A stretch of 63,771 bases of DNA, filler included, from Trichomonas gallinae (lineage: Eukaryota): NCBI GenBank assembly GCA_008369845.1. It is 5 parts of 5 records of this genome, joined end to end, with 100 filler letters (N's around TTAATTAATTAA, not from the genome) between each part and the next. Parts side by side here need not be neighbours in the genome. Positions count along the whole stretch, not along the records: positions 1 to 27,707 come from MRSU01001369.1; positions 27,808 to 53,958 come from MRSU01001372.1; 3 more parts are not named here. One strand, written 5' to 3'. Both the position numbers and the translations under genes were made by a program. The notes under the pieces were generated by a model. That model worked only from the letters and a program-made list of their open reading frames with translations. It ran no database searches and was not told the origin of the DNA. Positions 23,119 through 33,587 of the stretch are shown here, one piece after another (the first letter of the stretch is position 1; each line of letters begins with the position of its first letter).

Positions 23119-24294
23119 ATGGGCAAAAAACGCGGAATCACAGGTGTTCGTTTTACTCATCGCGAAATTCTTGGCGGAACTGTATCAAAAGCAGCTCCAT
23201 CTAAGATTGAGGATGATTATCAGTTCGCAATGTGCTGTTTGGCTTACATTCCAATCCAAAATCCTTTAATTTGCCCATACGGATATGCTTATTCGAAAGA
23301 AGCAGCTGTAAAATACTTTGCAACAACTGATAAGCATCCATTTAAAGATACACCTCTTAAATTTGAGGATCTTATCGAAGCAAAATTCACCAAAGATGAA
23401 AAAGGCGAAATAATTGATCCTGTTACATCCGAAAGACTCACTCCAAAGCACAAAATCGTCATGAATAGACTCAATGGAAATGTTTACAATTATCAATCAA
23501 TTTTGCAGTTTAATAAGATCCCAAATCTATGGCAAGATATGATCACCTGCGAGCCATTTACTGAAGACGATCTAATTACTATCAATGATCCAGCAAGAAT
23601 ATTAGATTTACCTCCAACACCTACAATAAGCTTAAGAAAAGAAGTTCACGAGTCAGAAGCACAAAGAAATGCAAGACTACTTCTAGGAACATTCGATATT
23701 AAACAGCCAAAAATCGCAGAAGAAGACAAAACTTGGTTTTTAACAAGACCAGGAGCTGAAAGCTTTGCAATGGCATCACAAATAGCTGCACATCCTCCAA
23801 AACAAAAATCTGTTGTTAAATTACGAACATCACTCGGAGAAGTAATAATCGAATTAGATAGCGATGTTACGCCAATGGGAACATTAAATTTCATTGGCCA
23901 TTGTTTGCGTTGTTCATATAATAAAGCAAATGTTGCTAAAGTTGATACAGGAAAACATCTCGAAATTGAAAGTTCAGCATTGACAGATGAATCAGTGTGG
24001 AATTTACCAATTTCATTCGAAAGAAACGAATTTAGACGCGGACAGAAATACCAAGTTTATATTTTACATAAAAATCGAAATATGTCTAGAATTACAAATA
24101 CAGCAGATATTGGAATATCACGAGATCCTTTATCTATCGATCATTACCACATTATTGGTGTTGTGAAGTCCGGAGAAGGTTACATTTCAACTATTATTGA
24201 TGGCAAAATATATCCAAATGGAAAGCCTGTAAATCCATGCTCCATATTTAGTGCTGAGGTTGTTTCTAATCCATTCCCAGCAACTCCAAATTGA
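23119..24294 (+). CDS. PPIL2: PPIL2/Cyp60-like protein (U-box-like N-terminus, divergent cyclophilin domain)
   Basis: MGKK start; C.L...P...P, GNVYNY, WQDMITCEPFTEDDLITINDP; VKLRTSLGEVIIEL....P....NF cyclophilin entry. Confidence 0.7.
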   Translation: MGKKRGITGVRFTHREILGGTVSKAAPSKIEDDYQFAMCCLAYIPIQNPLICPYGYAYSKEAAVKYFATTDKHPFKDTPLKFEDLIEAKFTKDEKGEIIDPVTSERLTPKHKIVMNRLNGNVYNYQSILQFNKIPNLWQDMITCEPFTEDDLITINDPARILDLPPTPTISLRKEVHESEAQRNARLLLGTFDIKQPKIAEEDKTWFLTRPGAESFAMASQIAAHPPKQKSVVKLRTSLGEVIIELDSDVTPMGTLNFIGHCLRCSYNKANVAKVDTGKHLEIESSALTDESVWNLPISFERNEFRRGQKYQVYILHKNRNMSRITNTADIGISRDPLSIDHYHIIGVVKSGEGYISTIIDGKIYPNGKPVNPCSIFSAEVVSNPFPATPN

Positions 24295-24647
24295 AATATT
24301 ATTTTGAATAAATTGTTTGCTTTTAATCATGAAAATTCATAATCCCTTTTTATGTATTGGCTCAGTTTGTTATATTTTCAATATTGAAAATAGCTATTTC
24401 AGATAAAATTATAGAAAAAATTATTGATTATTAATAAATTTCACACATAGAATGAAATATTATATGCTAGGATGCCAGATATATAATTCTACTATTCTTT
24501 TCACAGAAATATCATGAAAAAATAACAAAATAATTATGTGAATTTTCGATGCTGAGGTAGAATACTTTGGCTTGTGTAGTATATCAGTTATGCTTTGATT
24601 TAAAAGTTAATAAGAATATAATTTCATATATTTAACGGTCGTATTGT

Positions 24648-24980
24648 TTATTGATCAACGACCTTTGTTGTCTGAAGGCCATTGAATGAAGCAACATTCT
24701 TGTAGGAAGCGATTGTGATCATCTTCTCGGCATCTTCCTCATCAGCCTTGCGCTCGAAAACAACGCGGATACGGGCTGGTGGGCAGTTCTTGCCGTGGAT
24801 CCAGATGCGGGAGTTGAGCTCTGGGTCGATCTTGACGACATCTGTGTGCATCATCTTCTGTCCAGCAGCTGTGATGACCTTGATGGCCTTCTCAGCACGG
24901 AATCTGCGGCGTGTGTCGTGGACAGCCTTCTGGATGTGGATTGTTGTCTCAAGCTTAGCCGGAGCAAGTTCCTTTGGCAT
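24648..24980 (-). CDS. RPL31: 60S ribosomal protein L31 (eL31)
   Basis: TIHI.K..H, RA.KAIK.I, V.IDPELN..IW..G...PP.RIRV; likely start MPKEL at 24980, just after CCTTT (track extends upstream). Confidence 0.93.
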   Translation of the reverse strand: MPKELAPAKLETTIHIQKAVHDTRRRFRAEKAIKVITAAGQKMMHTDVVKIDPELNSRIWIHGKNCPPARIRVVFERKADEEDAEKMITIASYKNVASFNGLQTTKVVDQ

Positions 24981-24986
24981 CAGAAC

Positions 24987-25010
24987 AAAGGCCAACCAAA
25001 ACGTCACTTT
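24987..25010 (-). promoter_or_regulatory. Trichomonad core promoter: M2 (AAAGTGAC) plus M5 (CCTTT)
   Basis: Minus strand reads AAAGTGAC-GTTTTGGTTGG-CCTTT-GTTCTG-ATG upstream of RPL31. Confidence 0.7.
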
Positions 25011-25605
25011 TTCCAAAAATTCTCTCATTTCAAAATTTGTTTTCCTTTTTTACAATGATTTTCTTTCATTATATGACCTAATTGTTGCATTTCTTAAATC
25101 AAATTCGATTTTCTAAAAATGCAAAAAAAATCAAAAGCTTTTTAAGAGCTTTGCATTCACATATTATAATATGTAGCTTATGTAGATGTCACTCCTTAAA
25201 ATTCGATCTTTAAGAAAGAATATCAAAAATTAAATCCATTGAATTTAACTTTTTAAACAAATGAAATGAAAAATTTAGATGAATTTAAAATGATTTACAA
25301 TGATTTTTCGATAAAGATGGATATTTTTTTAGAAAAGTAATGGTTTGTAGCCAAGGGAAAAGGATAGTTGAGTCAAAATTATGAAGGGTATCAAATAAGA
25401 AGTATTTAATTTAAATGAAATGATTGATTTGGGAAAATGAATATGAAAAATAAGGAGAAATTAGGTAATTGTAAGGTATATTTTGTCGGCATGATGTTAT
25501 TTGTAAGATCTAAAAGGATAGATATTGGTGAAACATGCTGTGTGTTGAAGAAAAGCAGACAAGAAAATTGTGCAGGGGATGTATAAATTAACGTCTTTTA
25601 GTTTG

Positions 25606-25812
25606 ATGACGAATCAACAAGCGAATCAGAGCGAAGATGAAGACAGCGCTCCTTACATGCTACTTCCTGACGTCAGTGATGAGGAAATGCACCTAGTTAT
25701 TGAGGGCGAAGAGCATGAAAATGACAAGATTATTAATGTGACAGAAGAAACTGCCTCAACTAAAGCTGATTTGAATACAACTCATGCATCAAAATGCTGT
25801 TTGATCATTTAA
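25606..25812 (+). CDS. Small acidic protein with C-terminal CaaX (SKCCLII)
   Basis: Acidic low-complexity body and a CCLII terminus; start uncertain (ATG 25606 or 25579; track start GTG 25570). Confidence 0.7.
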   Translation: MTNQQANQSEDEDSAPYMLLPDVSDEEMHLVIEGEEHENDKIINVTEETASTKADLNTTHASKCCLII

Positions 25813-26521
25813 TTCTTACGATTACTTTAATTATATTGCGAAAAATATAACCTAACTGAATACTTTCCCATTATTTCAAGATTTAATACTCCAGCCTTTC
25901 AAGTCCCTCATTTTTCATCAGATACAAATTTTTATTAATCGGAATTTTTTACAACGCTCTCGCAAATGCTGCGAAACAGTACATACCCTCATTTCAGAGA
26001 TTTTTGTTATTACTTGTTTCCAATATTCCAAAAATTTAAATTACTATTTTTAATTTGTCTAATAAAAACTGATTGTTTGTTTCCATTCATCTTATCTTTA
26101 ACTCTGCTCACTTATCTCGAACTTTTCTAAAATGAGAAAATTTGAAACTAAAAATTTTTATCATGCAAAAATTTATAATTTTTCACTGATTTTATATCAA
26201 ATTTAAAAATTTACAAAATTCTAAATAAGCGATTTAGCTTTATAATAACTGTAGAATCAATATTTTGCTAAAATATTGTGATTTTGAGCAAATCCAATGA
26301 AATTCAAAAATATCTACAAAATAGAGGCTTATATTGGAAGAACTCGACAGTCAATGGGTTTGTATGGATGGTATCTGTCATCCCATCCATTCCAAAAACC
26401 ATGCAATGCCAAAAACAATCAAAATTGAATAATAAAAAAGTTGAAACAAAGAAGTGAGAGCAATGTAATAATCAACAAACAAACAAATAATTTAAAAACA
26501 ACAAACAATATAATAAGAATA

Positions 26522-27625
26522 CTAAACTTTTTCCCATCCAGGTACAAATAGCGGCCCCATAAAGGGTGAATCCGCACGGCTTCTCATTTTAATGCGCGAG
26601 GAACCCTTAGAAATGATAGTAAGAATTGCGTTAGATTGTAAGTGATTCGCTTTTTTCTTGATTTTTCTGTTACATTCTTTTAGCATATCTGCAACTTCAT
26701 CATGGTCTTTCTCATCAAGAGGGAGAGGCGCTGATGATAACAAATCACTGTATTTGTTTAATGTGAATGCGGCTTTATTTCTGAAAAATCCTTTGTGAGA
26801 GTGCTTCGTGGCTTGAATTCTTTTGAGTAGAGGTAATTGTAATATCGTATCTATTGGCATTCTATTAGTAGGGTTACAATCGCACATTAACATAATAACT
26901 TCTTGAACATCTTTTGGAATTTCTGGCGAAATGGCAAGTTGTCCTTTGAGGATCTCTTCTTTTGCGAGCTTTGGATTTTCACAACTCCAAGGTAATTGTG
27001 CGGATACAATAATATGGAGAAGAACTCCGCAGCTCCAGATATCAGCAAGTATTGGGTTATAAGGAGATCCCTGCAAAATCTCAGGCGCTATATAATAAAA
27101 TGTGCCGCATATCGTTCTTCTAATCTCATTAGCTCTCACGTGTAAAGAGAATCCAAAATCTCCTAACTTAGGCGTGAGCATCTCGTCTAATAATATATTT
27201 TCAGCTTTTATATCGCGATGTGCTATATTATTTGAGTGAAGAAAAGATACTGCGGATAATATTTGATGAAAGATTTGTAACGCCTGAGATAAAGGCAGGG
27301 GCTGATTCTTTGATATATAGGAACTAAGATCTCCGTTCCCACAGTATTCTTGTATCATATAATAATTTACTGAGTCTTCTAATAAATCGTATAAAGTTAC
27401 AATATTTGGGTGACAAAGCGACATCATGTTTCTTACTTCTGATTGGAAATGTATTACTTGCTGGTTATTGTGAAAATATCGTTTTGAGACAATTTTAATT
27501 GCATAGATTTTCTGTGTATCTGAATTAGTCGCCTTAACGACAATACACGACGTGCCCATGCCGATGGATTCCCCTAAAACGTAAGGGCCGATGCGTTCGG
27601 GGCATGAGGCACGAAGAATGTTCAT
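26522..27625 (-). CDS. CAMK-family Ser/Thr protein kinase
   Basis: YAIK, HRDIKAEN, DFG, CGT.YYIAPE, DIWSCG. Confidence 0.93.
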   Translation of the reverse strand: MNILRASCPERIGPYVLGESIGMGTSCIVVKATNSDTQKIYAIKIVSKRYFHNNQQVIHFQSEVRNMMSLCHPNIVTLYDLLEDSVNYYMIQEYCGNGDLSSYISKNQPLPLSQALQIFHQILSAVSFLHSNNIAHRDIKAENILLDEMLTPKLGDFGFSLHVRANEIRRTICGTFYYIAPEILQGSPYNPILADIWSCGVLLHIIVSAQLPWSCENPKLAKEEILKGQLAISPEIPKDVQEVIMLMCDCNPTNRMPIDTILQLPLLKRIQATKHSHKGFFRNKAAFTLNKYSDLLSSAPLPLDEKDHDEVADMLKECNRKIKKKANHLQSNAILTIISKGSSRIKMRSRADSPFMGPLFVPGWEKV

Positions 27626-27707
27626 TAATTAAGGGGGTAGGTTTGAATAGTTTACATTTTTATACTTATTTGCTTCCTAACGCCTCATAGTCGAGTATTA
27701 GCTAAAA

Positions 27708-27807
27708 NNNNNNNNNNNNNNNNNNNNNNNNNNNNNNNNNNNNNNNNNNNNTTAATTAATTAANNNNNNNNNNNNNNNNNNNNNNNNNNNNNNNNNNNNN
27801 NNNNNNN
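27708..27807. other. Artificial contig linker
   Basis: N44-TTAATTAATTAA-N44 (stop codons in all six frames), identical at four places. Confidence 0.97.
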
Positions 27808-28089
27808 GTCAAGATTATTGGTGTAAATCTATTTGATAGATCTACTGTAATTCAAAAAATTTATTTTGCGGGCGGGGAACTTTCTTGCGAAACCGATTTT
27901 ACAAAATTAAAGTTACCAGACTTTGCAATCTATGTCCTACCTAACTATCCGTCACAGACATTCTGTTCTAAGCAAGTTAATAAAATTTCCAAGTTTCCTA
28001 CATATCATACTAAATCTTGCGCTGTTAATAATGCATACAGCCAGAATAGGATAAATATCCTATCATCAATGATTCTAACTATAGATTAA
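27808..28089 (+). CDS. 3' fragment of a surface-protein gene (BspA-like C-terminus), cut by the contig start
   Basis: Open 93-codon frame absent from track: VKIIGVNLFD...IQKIYFAG...IYVLPNYPSQTFC...TKSCAVN...ILSSMILTID*. Confidence 0.65.
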   Translation, partial: VKIIGVNLFDRSTVIQKIYFAGGELSCETDFTKLKLPDFAIYVLPNYPSQTFCSKQVNKISKFPTYHTKSCAVNNAYSQNRINILSSMILTID

Positions 28090-28373
28090 TTTCTTTGACA
28101 TGTTAAAATTCTTTTTCTGACAAATAAACAAAATTTTTGACATCTTAAAATTAAACCATGTATAAAAATACAAAGATGAAGATATATAACTAGTTATATC
28201 AATAATAAAGATATTTAACATAAAAAGATGATTTTTAAATATATCTATTGGCTATATTCAAATGCTCAGCTTGTAGAATCGAATTTTTGAATTTACCCTA
28301 ATATATTTTTCAAGACCCTAATTACTACTTTACATGTCAAATTTCAAAAAAATTACAAAACCAAGTCTTGAAA

Positions 28374-30299
28374 ATGTTTGACCCTTCTAAAGCAGACCAG
28401 GCTGACAAGAGCATTCGCAAGATTAGGAATGAAGTTCTTAAAGCCGAAGAGAATCTCAAAATGAAAATAGAAAGGTCGCAAACAATGAGAGAACAGATTT
28501 TTCAAAAACAAAATCGACTCCAAGACTTGAATAATACATATCAGTCAACAGAATATGAATATAAATCTTATAAAGACAAAATTGATGGAATAAATAAAAG
28601 CAAAGAACATTTACAAGCGCAAAATAATATTTTATATCAACTTATTGCAGAAATAAAACAAGATACAATGCAAAAATCAAGAAATCCTCAGCACGAAATT
28701 CCAGAAAACGAGAAAAATGAAATAGTTACCAATTTTAATTATTTTATTGAAAATTTACAAAACGAATGCCGGCCAATTGAAGTTGACGAGCTTCTTACAG
28801 AACTAAATCAAGTGAAATCTGAACAAAGAGAATTGCAAAAAGAAATTGAAATAATGAAATCTTTAAATGGAAATTGGGATCCAGTCGATGACATGTCTCT
28901 TGATGTCGAAGATGTCGTCCAGAGAATATCTATTCCACCAGAAAAATCTACGTTGCCGCCACTTTCAAAAAGAATTGAAATTCCATATGATCCTTCTTTG
29001 CTTGAGACCATTTCTTCACAACAAGAGACACGCATAAATCATACACCAGAAGTAATAACAGACTTACAAAACGAAATTGAGAAAAGAAAAGTATTATTGA
29101 ATCAAAATCAGTCATTATACAATGAACAGATAAATTATTTACAGAGAATTGCAGAACTATCGAGAAACTATTACACACAATCACATAATCAAGTAAAACA
29201 AGAAAACACAGATAATTTTGATTATAATATTCAAATTTCGCCAATAACAATTCCAGAATCACATGAAACCACAGAGGTCAACGATTTCTCTGATTTCACA
29301 CAAAAATTGTTATCGCAGCTTCCAGAACCAACATTATTTGACGAATGCGTAGAAATTGCACGAAAAAGCGTAGATATTCAAGAAATAACAATAGATCCTC
29401 CAAATGTTCACAAAGTTACTCAAGCCAGCCAAGATTTAGCTCAATTATCCGGAAAACTCAAAAAATTAAAAAATATTCCAAAAGGTGATTATCAAAACAT
29501 CCAAACATATGCAGCAAATCAAATATCAGACACAGCTGATGAACACGAGCGAGAAATTCCGAAAATCGAGCAAATTGATAATCACGCGCTCGAATCACTG
29601 CTACCTATTGCAGAGAAAATCTCACAAAACTTGTCCGAGCCAATATCATCGATGATTAACCAAGCGGACGACGAGTTGCCAGAAAACGAAGAAGAGGAAA
29701 TAATAGAAGTCGAAACAGACAGAAAAGAAAAATTGAACGAATTCCAGTCGATGCTGGAACAAATAATTTCTATTCCATTCCCAGACGAATCGATCTTCCA
29801 AATTTCATCGTCGCCGCAAGAAACAAAAGTCGTCGTTAAGCCAGTTGACATCCCAGCGATGATAGAAGGCGTCTGCCAGTATCTCAGCCCCCAGCAACAA
29901 AACATCGATTTCATGGAGAACGAAATAATCGAATTCAGAAAGCGAATGAAGCTGCTGGACATGCAGATCAACTCACTGGAGGATATTGAGCTGAAAGTTT
30001 CCGACGAAGAAGTCGCGAGCACAGACAGTCAAATCAGGCAGCTCCAGGCGACACTTGATGATCTCAAAGAGAAGTTAAACGAAGTGAAGAAACCACTGAC
30101 AAATCTGCAGAAGCAAGATGAAGAAATTGCAGCCGAACTCGAAAGCTTGACTGTTCCCGAGAAGTCAGAATTAGTCAGCTTGGAGAGGGAGCTGGAGCAG
30201 CGCACAAAGGAGTACGAGTCCGCTAAAGAAAATGCTGATAAAGAAATCCAGGACTACAGGGAACTCCAGCTAATGAAGAAGATGAAGATGAAGTCTTAA
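28374..30299 (+). CDS. Long coiled-coil hypothetical protein
   Basis: About 640 aa, E/Q/K-rich with terminal coiled coils; first ATG at 28374 (track start TTG 28368). Confidence 0.8.
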   Translation: MFDPSKADQADKSIRKIRNEVLKAEENLKMKIERSQTMREQIFQKQNRLQDLNNTYQSTEYEYKSYKDKIDGINKSKEHLQAQNNILYQLIAEIKQDTMQKSRNPQHEIPENEKNEIVTNFNYFIENLQNECRPIEVDELLTELNQVKSEQRELQKEIEIMKSLNGNWDPVDDMSLDVEDVVQRISIPPEKSTLPPLSKRIEIPYDPSLLETISSQQETRINHTPEVITDLQNEIEKRKVLLNQNQSLYNEQINYLQRIAELSRNYYTQSHNQVKQENTDNFDYNIQISPITIPESHETTEVNDFSDFTQKLLSQLPEPTLFDECVEIARKSVDIQEITIDPPNVHKVTQASQDLAQLSGKLKKLKNIPKGDYQNIQTYAANQISDTADEHEREIPKIEQIDNHALESLLPIAEKISQNLSEPISSMINQADDELPENEEEEIIEVETDRKEKLNEFQSMLEQIISIPFPDESIFQISSSPQETKVVVKPVDIPAMIEGVCQYLSPQQQNIDFMENEIIEFRKRMKLLDMQINSLEDIELKVSDEEVASTDSQIRQLQATLDDLKEKLNEVKKPLTNLQKQDEEIAAELESLTVPEKSELVSLERELEQRTKEYESAKENADKEIQDYRELQLMKKMKMKS

Positions 30300-30636
30300 T
30301 TTTGTTATATTAATTGTTTTATATATTAAAATAAAGTGTAATTATTCAATATTTTATAAAAACATCACAGAAATTCCTATTCCTCAACTTTTCATGTTGT
30401 TTTGATTTAAAATTCAATAACTATTGATGGAGTTAATAACTCTAAATATCTGAAAAATGTTTGTGTAATAATCATGATAAACACTCATTATAACATAAAT
30501 TCATGTTATGCAATTTTATTATCTAGTTTTATCTCATTCGTGCCTTTATTGGTGTGTAACTCTAGTTTGCAATTATTCAAAATTTTTAAAATTATAAGAA
30601 ATATTGTAAATTTATAATAAGAAGTATTTTTATATG

Positions 30637-31992
30637 TTATTCTTCCTGCTGTTCTGTGAATAATGATAGAATGATCTGCGCTTCGTTTTGTTTTGCTTCT
30701 GGAATGTTGTCCATACTTTCATCCAATGCTTCGATTATTGGAGTAAAATCGAAATCAATTTGCATTCGCTTGCAAAACAAGAAAATTGACTGTATTGATG
30801 CATAAACATCGACATTTCCGTTATCTATAGCATCGGCTATGCATGCGCTGAGATTCTCCAGTTTTACTAGTTTTTTTAAATGTTTTTCATCAGATTTGTC
30901 AATAAATGAGAAAATCAATGAAAAGCAGCTTCTTTTTTCATCAAGTGGGCATTGTATAACATAATCAAGGGCATTTTTAACGGAATTGAAGACTAAAGAA
31001 AGAGTTTCTGAAGTTGGAAAATATGATATATAGAAAGAAAGAATTAGATACGAAAAATTAACTAAACTTCTATTTGTTGACTCTGAGATTAAGCAAAGTT
31101 GATTAAGATCAATTTCTTCGTAAATTATTTTTGCGATTTGTGGAAAAACAAGAGAAGAGACTTTGTATAAGAAAATAAACAATGAATTAACCAGATCTGA
31201 ATATTGAGGCATCATAAAAACGATCAATTCTGATATTATATCTGTATCAATTATTTCTTGATACAATTCTTTGTCTTTTATCAACATCACAGATAAGAAA
31301 TTGACAACTTCTGGATAGAACTCATTATTCATTTCTAAATGCTGCGATTTTCTATAAATTTTCGTTATAATTTTCAATATATCTAATTTTTGAGGATTTG
31401 GATCAAATGCTAGTGCTACAGTCATTAGTTTAGTGCATATTGCGGCTGAACTAGGATCTACATCTATTAAACTTAATATTTGATCGTGATCAATGAAATT
31501 TATCAGTTTTTCTCTGTCTTCGGGCATTAATATGATGGCATTTATCAATAATGGAAGTGTTTGGCGATATACATTTGAATCGATGTCATCTTCGAATAAA
31601 GAGTCAAGAAACTCAAAGATAAAATAAATTTCATGAGAAATGCTTTTTTTAAAGAATATAATATTGGATGCACAATAAATCGCTGAACTTATTAAGTCTG
31701 AGTCCCCTGTTTCGATCATTTCCTTAAGAATTTCAAGTAATTTTAATATATCAAATGTTTTTGCGCTATTTGATTCTAATTTATATGCTAATGCATTAGA
31801 TACATTAATTATAGCATTGCACAATCGAATTTTGTCTGTATTTTCTAGAGATTCAACAGCAATTTCAATGTTGTGCTGAATAAAGCCAAATATGTCTGAA
31901 TGCGACTTCCTATGACTTAGATTTTGGCTTGGTAATTGCAGTGAGAAAAGAAAATCATCAATTTCATTAGATTTATAGTTTGGAATTTGCAT
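30637..31992 (-). CDS. Hypothetical ARM/HEAT-like protein
   Basis: 451-aa ORF with amphipathic helical pattern (SAIYCASNI). Confidence 0.65.
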   Translation of the reverse strand: MQIPNYKSNEIDDFLFSLQLPSQNLSHRKSHSDIFGFIQHNIEIAVESLENTDKIRLCNAIINVSNALAYKLESNSAKTFDILKLLEILKEMIETGDSDLISSAIYCASNIIFFKKSISHEIYFIFEFLDSLFEDDIDSNVYRQTLPLLINAIILMPEDREKLINFIDHDQILSLIDVDPSSAAICTKLMTVALAFDPNPQKLDILKIITKIYRKSQHLEMNNEFYPEVVNFLSVMLIKDKELYQEIIDTDIISELIVFMMPQYSDLVNSLFIFLYKVSSLVFPQIAKIIYEEIDLNQLCLISESTNRSLVNFSYLILSFYISYFPTSETLSLVFNSVKNALDYVIQCPLDEKRSCFSLIFSFIDKSDEKHLKKLVKLENLSACIADAIDNGNVDVYASIQSIFLFCKRMQIDFDFTPIIEALDESMDNIPEAKQNEAQIILSLFTEQQEE

Positions 31993-32520
31993 TCAAGAAA
32001 AATGAGCAAAGATCATCTATATACAACATATATTTATACAAATATGATCAATTCTCATGTTAAAATGCTTCATATACAAATATATACTAGAAAGCTAAAA
32101 AAAAGTGGAAATTCACTTTCTGAGTTGTCGGACATGAAAAGTGGAACAAAGAGCAAAAATGGCCAAGTAAATTCTTTTTGAACTACGTCTAAGCAATACA
32201 TTGGGATGCGTTGTATATCCTCGGATACAATCCATATCCATAACATTTTCTGCGAATTGGAAATTTTGAAATTAAAATCGATCTCGTTAGAACATTGCCA
32301 TATGTCAAACGAAGAATTACATCTGAATTATACCCAGATTTCACTCATCAAATGGTGTCAAAAACACACAATTTTTGGAACTAATTGTAATGCAATTCTC
32401 GCCTAAGATATCTTATTCCTGTAGGCTTATAGAAGCTATATCTAAAGTATCGACCTTATGTATTCTATTTTTGATCAGATTTTTTCTATGTAATCCAACA
32501 AATTAAGGTTAATTCAAAAA

Positions 32521-32689
32521 TATCATGTAAATCATTAATTTGCTAAGTAAATATAAAAATTTACCAAGTAAATTATTAATATGTCATGTAAAATATAATC
32601 TGCTATGTAAATAATAAAAATGTCATGTAATATATAATTTTGCCATGTATATAATACTGCCATGTAAACAACGAATTTGCCATGTAAAT
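32521..32689 (+). repeat. Nine-unit degenerate ~20-bp periodic repeat, core TGYCATGTAAAT
   Basis: Units start at 32521, 32541, 32562, 32582, 32601, 32621, 32641, 32658, 32678. Confidence 0.88.
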
Positions 32690-32735
32690 AAATCATTGAT
32701 TTGAGACGTTTATTATATAATAGTTTTCGTCAAAA

Positions 32736-33191
32736 ATGACTGATCAGCAGAAGCAACTCAATGTCAATGTAATGGAAAAGATGAAAGAAAACGGAGCCTT
32801 TTTTGATCTCCATGCGAGGCTTTTAGCAAATCTCAGCGAAACAGTCCAGCAATCAGATATTGAAGGACTTAAGCCATACAAGACATTAAAAGCCGACGAA
32901 ATGTACGCCTGCGCCACAGAATGCGTCCTCCGCTATCTAAAACTCCATAAAATGGAAAATACTTTCCGCGCGTGCGTTGCAGAATCTGGCGGTAAATTCA
33001 AGCTAAATTCCAATAAATCATATGCCGAAGAATACCTAGACATCAACGACTGCGAGGATCCAATCAAAGAAACGCTTCTCGATTTCAAGCAAAACGTAGA
33101 TACAATATTCTTTAATAATCGTGATAACCTCCGCGATCAACTCACAGCGAGACTTTCTGCACTGTTTACGAGCAAAGGAAAGTCTAAATAA
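32736..33191 (+). CDS. LisH / FOP-TON1-like small protein (putative basal-body protein)
   Basis: MKENG.F..L.ARL (TOF-like) followed by LisH pattern VLRYLKLHKMENTFRACVAES. Confidence 0.6.
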   Translation: MTDQQKQLNVNVMEKMKENGAFFDLHARLLANLSETVQQSDIEGLKPYKTLKADEMYACATECVLRYLKLHKMENTFRACVAESGGKFKLNSNKSYAEEYLDINDCEDPIKETLLDFKQNVDTIFFNNRDNLRDQLTARLSALFTSKGKSK

Positions 33192-33239
33192 ATAATGTAC
33201 ATGTAATATTTTGTTAAAAAAATAAAATCTCATTTTTGT

Positions 33240-33570
33240 TTTAAGCAATCCATGTTATTTGATGCAATTATGAAAATAGCACATAAAATTTCCAATTGTT
33301 CCTTCAATTCTATTGAAATATATATATGATATATAGACTTTATGTTCAGATCTTGGTTATGTTTTAGACAACATATGTTTTTTGACGCAATTATAAAAAT
33401 AATACACATGATATCTAGCTGTTGTTTCAATACCATTGAAATATATATGTAATTTTTGCTTAATATTTGAATCTTATTATTTTTAAACGACTTATGCTTG
33501 CTGACACAATCATAATAATGGCATATGCGATATATAGTTGCTGCCTCAGTTTTTTATTGAAATATATTGA
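33240..33570. repeat. Three diverged tandem copies of a ~120-bp unit
   Basis: TTTTA..CA...ATG....TGA.GCAAT.ATAA.AAT...ATTGAAATATAT recurs at about 33240, 33362 and 33481. Confidence 0.8.
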
Positions 33571-33587
33571 TTATATTTACATAATAT

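Noticed and set aside
27708..27807. Recurring TTAATTAATTAA palindrome flanked by Ns (also 53959, 57569, 59705)
   Set aside because: Identical 100-nt six-frame-stop spacer added in assembly; not biological
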